The position numbers and the translations under genes are program-made. Below the pieces are notes generated by a model that saw nothing but the letters and a program-made list of their open reading frames with translations, had not been told where the DNA came from and ran no database searches. 64,000 nt of DNA from an uncultured Nitrospiraceae bacterium (GTDB taxonomy: Bacteria; Nitrospirota; Thermodesulfovibrionia; Thermodesulfovibrionales; Dissulfurispiraceae): the NCBI GenBank assembly GCA_963705105.1, contig CAVPIW010000019.1, positions 1 to 64,000 on the forward strand, read 5' to 3'. Shown here one piece after another: positions 63,212 to 64,000 of the stretch (position 1 is the stretch's first letter; every line of letters starts with the position of its first letter).

Positions 63212-64000
63212 CGGCCCGTCAGATATTCCGCAACAGGTCCCAGTGCCAGGGCCGGCAGGTAGGTGAGTGCGCCGACGAGGACGATGATCATGACAAGGAG
63301 GAAGACGAAGAGCGGCGTATGGGTCGGCAGCGTTCCGGCGCCTGCCGGCACCTGTTTCCTGGAGGCCAGGGAACCGGCGATGGCGATGACGGGGATCATG
63401 ACCCAGAACCGCCCGAAGAACATGGCCAGTCCCAGCAGTGTGTTGTAGAAGGGAGTGTTCGCCGAAAGCCCGGCAAAGGCGCTCCCGTTGTTGTTGCCGG
63501 CCGACGAGAAGGCATAAAGCACCTCGGAAAAGCCGTGGGGACCGGGATTGGCTATGCCGGCCCTGCCGGATTCGTTTATGACCGCGGCAGCCGTTCCTAT
63601 GAGCACGACTGCCGCAGGCACCAGGATGACGAGGGAAGCCATCTTCATCTCGAAGGAGCCTATCTTCTTGCCGAGATACTCAGGCGTGCGCCCGACCATC
63701 AGCCCGGCGACGAACACTGCGATAATTGCGAAGACGATCATGCCGTAGAGCCCCGATCCGACTCCGCCAAAAACGATCTCACCAAGCTGAATGAGCCACA
63801 GGGGAACGAGTCCTCCCAGGGGACTGAAGGAGTCATGCATGGCATTGACGGACCCGTTCGAAGCAGCAGTCGTCGCCGCCGCCCAGAGGGCTGATAAGGC
63901 CACGCCGAACCTCACCTCTTTACCTTCCATGTTTCCGTCGGTCTGATCGATCCCCAGGGCGTTGAAGAACGGGTTTCCCTGCTGCTCGAAATGGTACGTC
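63208..64000 (-). CDS. kdpA: K+-transporting ATPase subunit A (3' part; continues beyond the window)
   Basis: [44 protein letters not shown]. Confidence 0.96.
   Translation of the reverse strand, partial: TYHFEQQGNPFFNALGIDQTDGNMEGKEVRFGVALSALWAAATTAASNGSVNAMHDSFSPLGGLVPLWLIQLGEIVFGGVGSGLYGMIVFAIIAVFVAGLMVGRTPEYLGKKIGSFEMKMASLVILVPAAVVLIGTAAAVINESGRAGIANPGPHGFSEVLYAFSSAGNNNGSAFAGLSANTPFYNTLLGLAMFFGRFWVMIPVIAIAGSLASRKQVPAGAGTLPTHTPLFVFLLVMIIVLVGALTYLPALALGPVAEYLTGR

Overview
GC-rich (roughly 60%) bacterial chromosomal segment. Gene content suggests an anaerobic Nitrospirota (Thermodesulfovibrionia)- or Desulfobacterota-like organism (inference only). No rRNA, tRNA, CRISPR array, integrase or transposase was recognised. 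Main content: (1) a split glutamate-synthase-type operon (GATase, FeS-FMN, GXGXG-GltD fusion; 586-5694). (2) Housekeeping genes: cysK, mqnD, glucan phosphorylase, ogt, a frameshifted PBP1A, a MerR regulator, a DHH-CBS tRNA nucleotidyltransferase and recD2. (3) An accessory zone (about 17-28 kb and 40.6-43.4 kb) with a membrane-domain/sulfotransferase fusion, a broken secreted repeat protein, four toxin-antitoxin pairs plus a nucleotidyltransferase pair, and eroded attC-like hairpins. (4) A nitrogen-control island (28-40.5 kb): P-II, NrpR, a stand-alone FMN glutamate-synthase-family gene and a KaiC-like/XRE/cupin regulator, divergent from an mvhD-metV-metF-gltB2(degenerate)-gltB2-gltB1/3 operon that has no GltD. 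(5) A CheB/CheR-PAS gene, a histidine kinase and a dead receiver. (6) kdpABC-kdpDE-kup. The strongest leads are the MvhD/MetVF-coupled glutamate-synthase-like operon, a shared promoter-leader-terminator motif ahead of both glutamate-synthase operons, and a dense family of about 200-bp hairpin MITE-like repeats (about 14 copies or fragments) with compensatory base changes.
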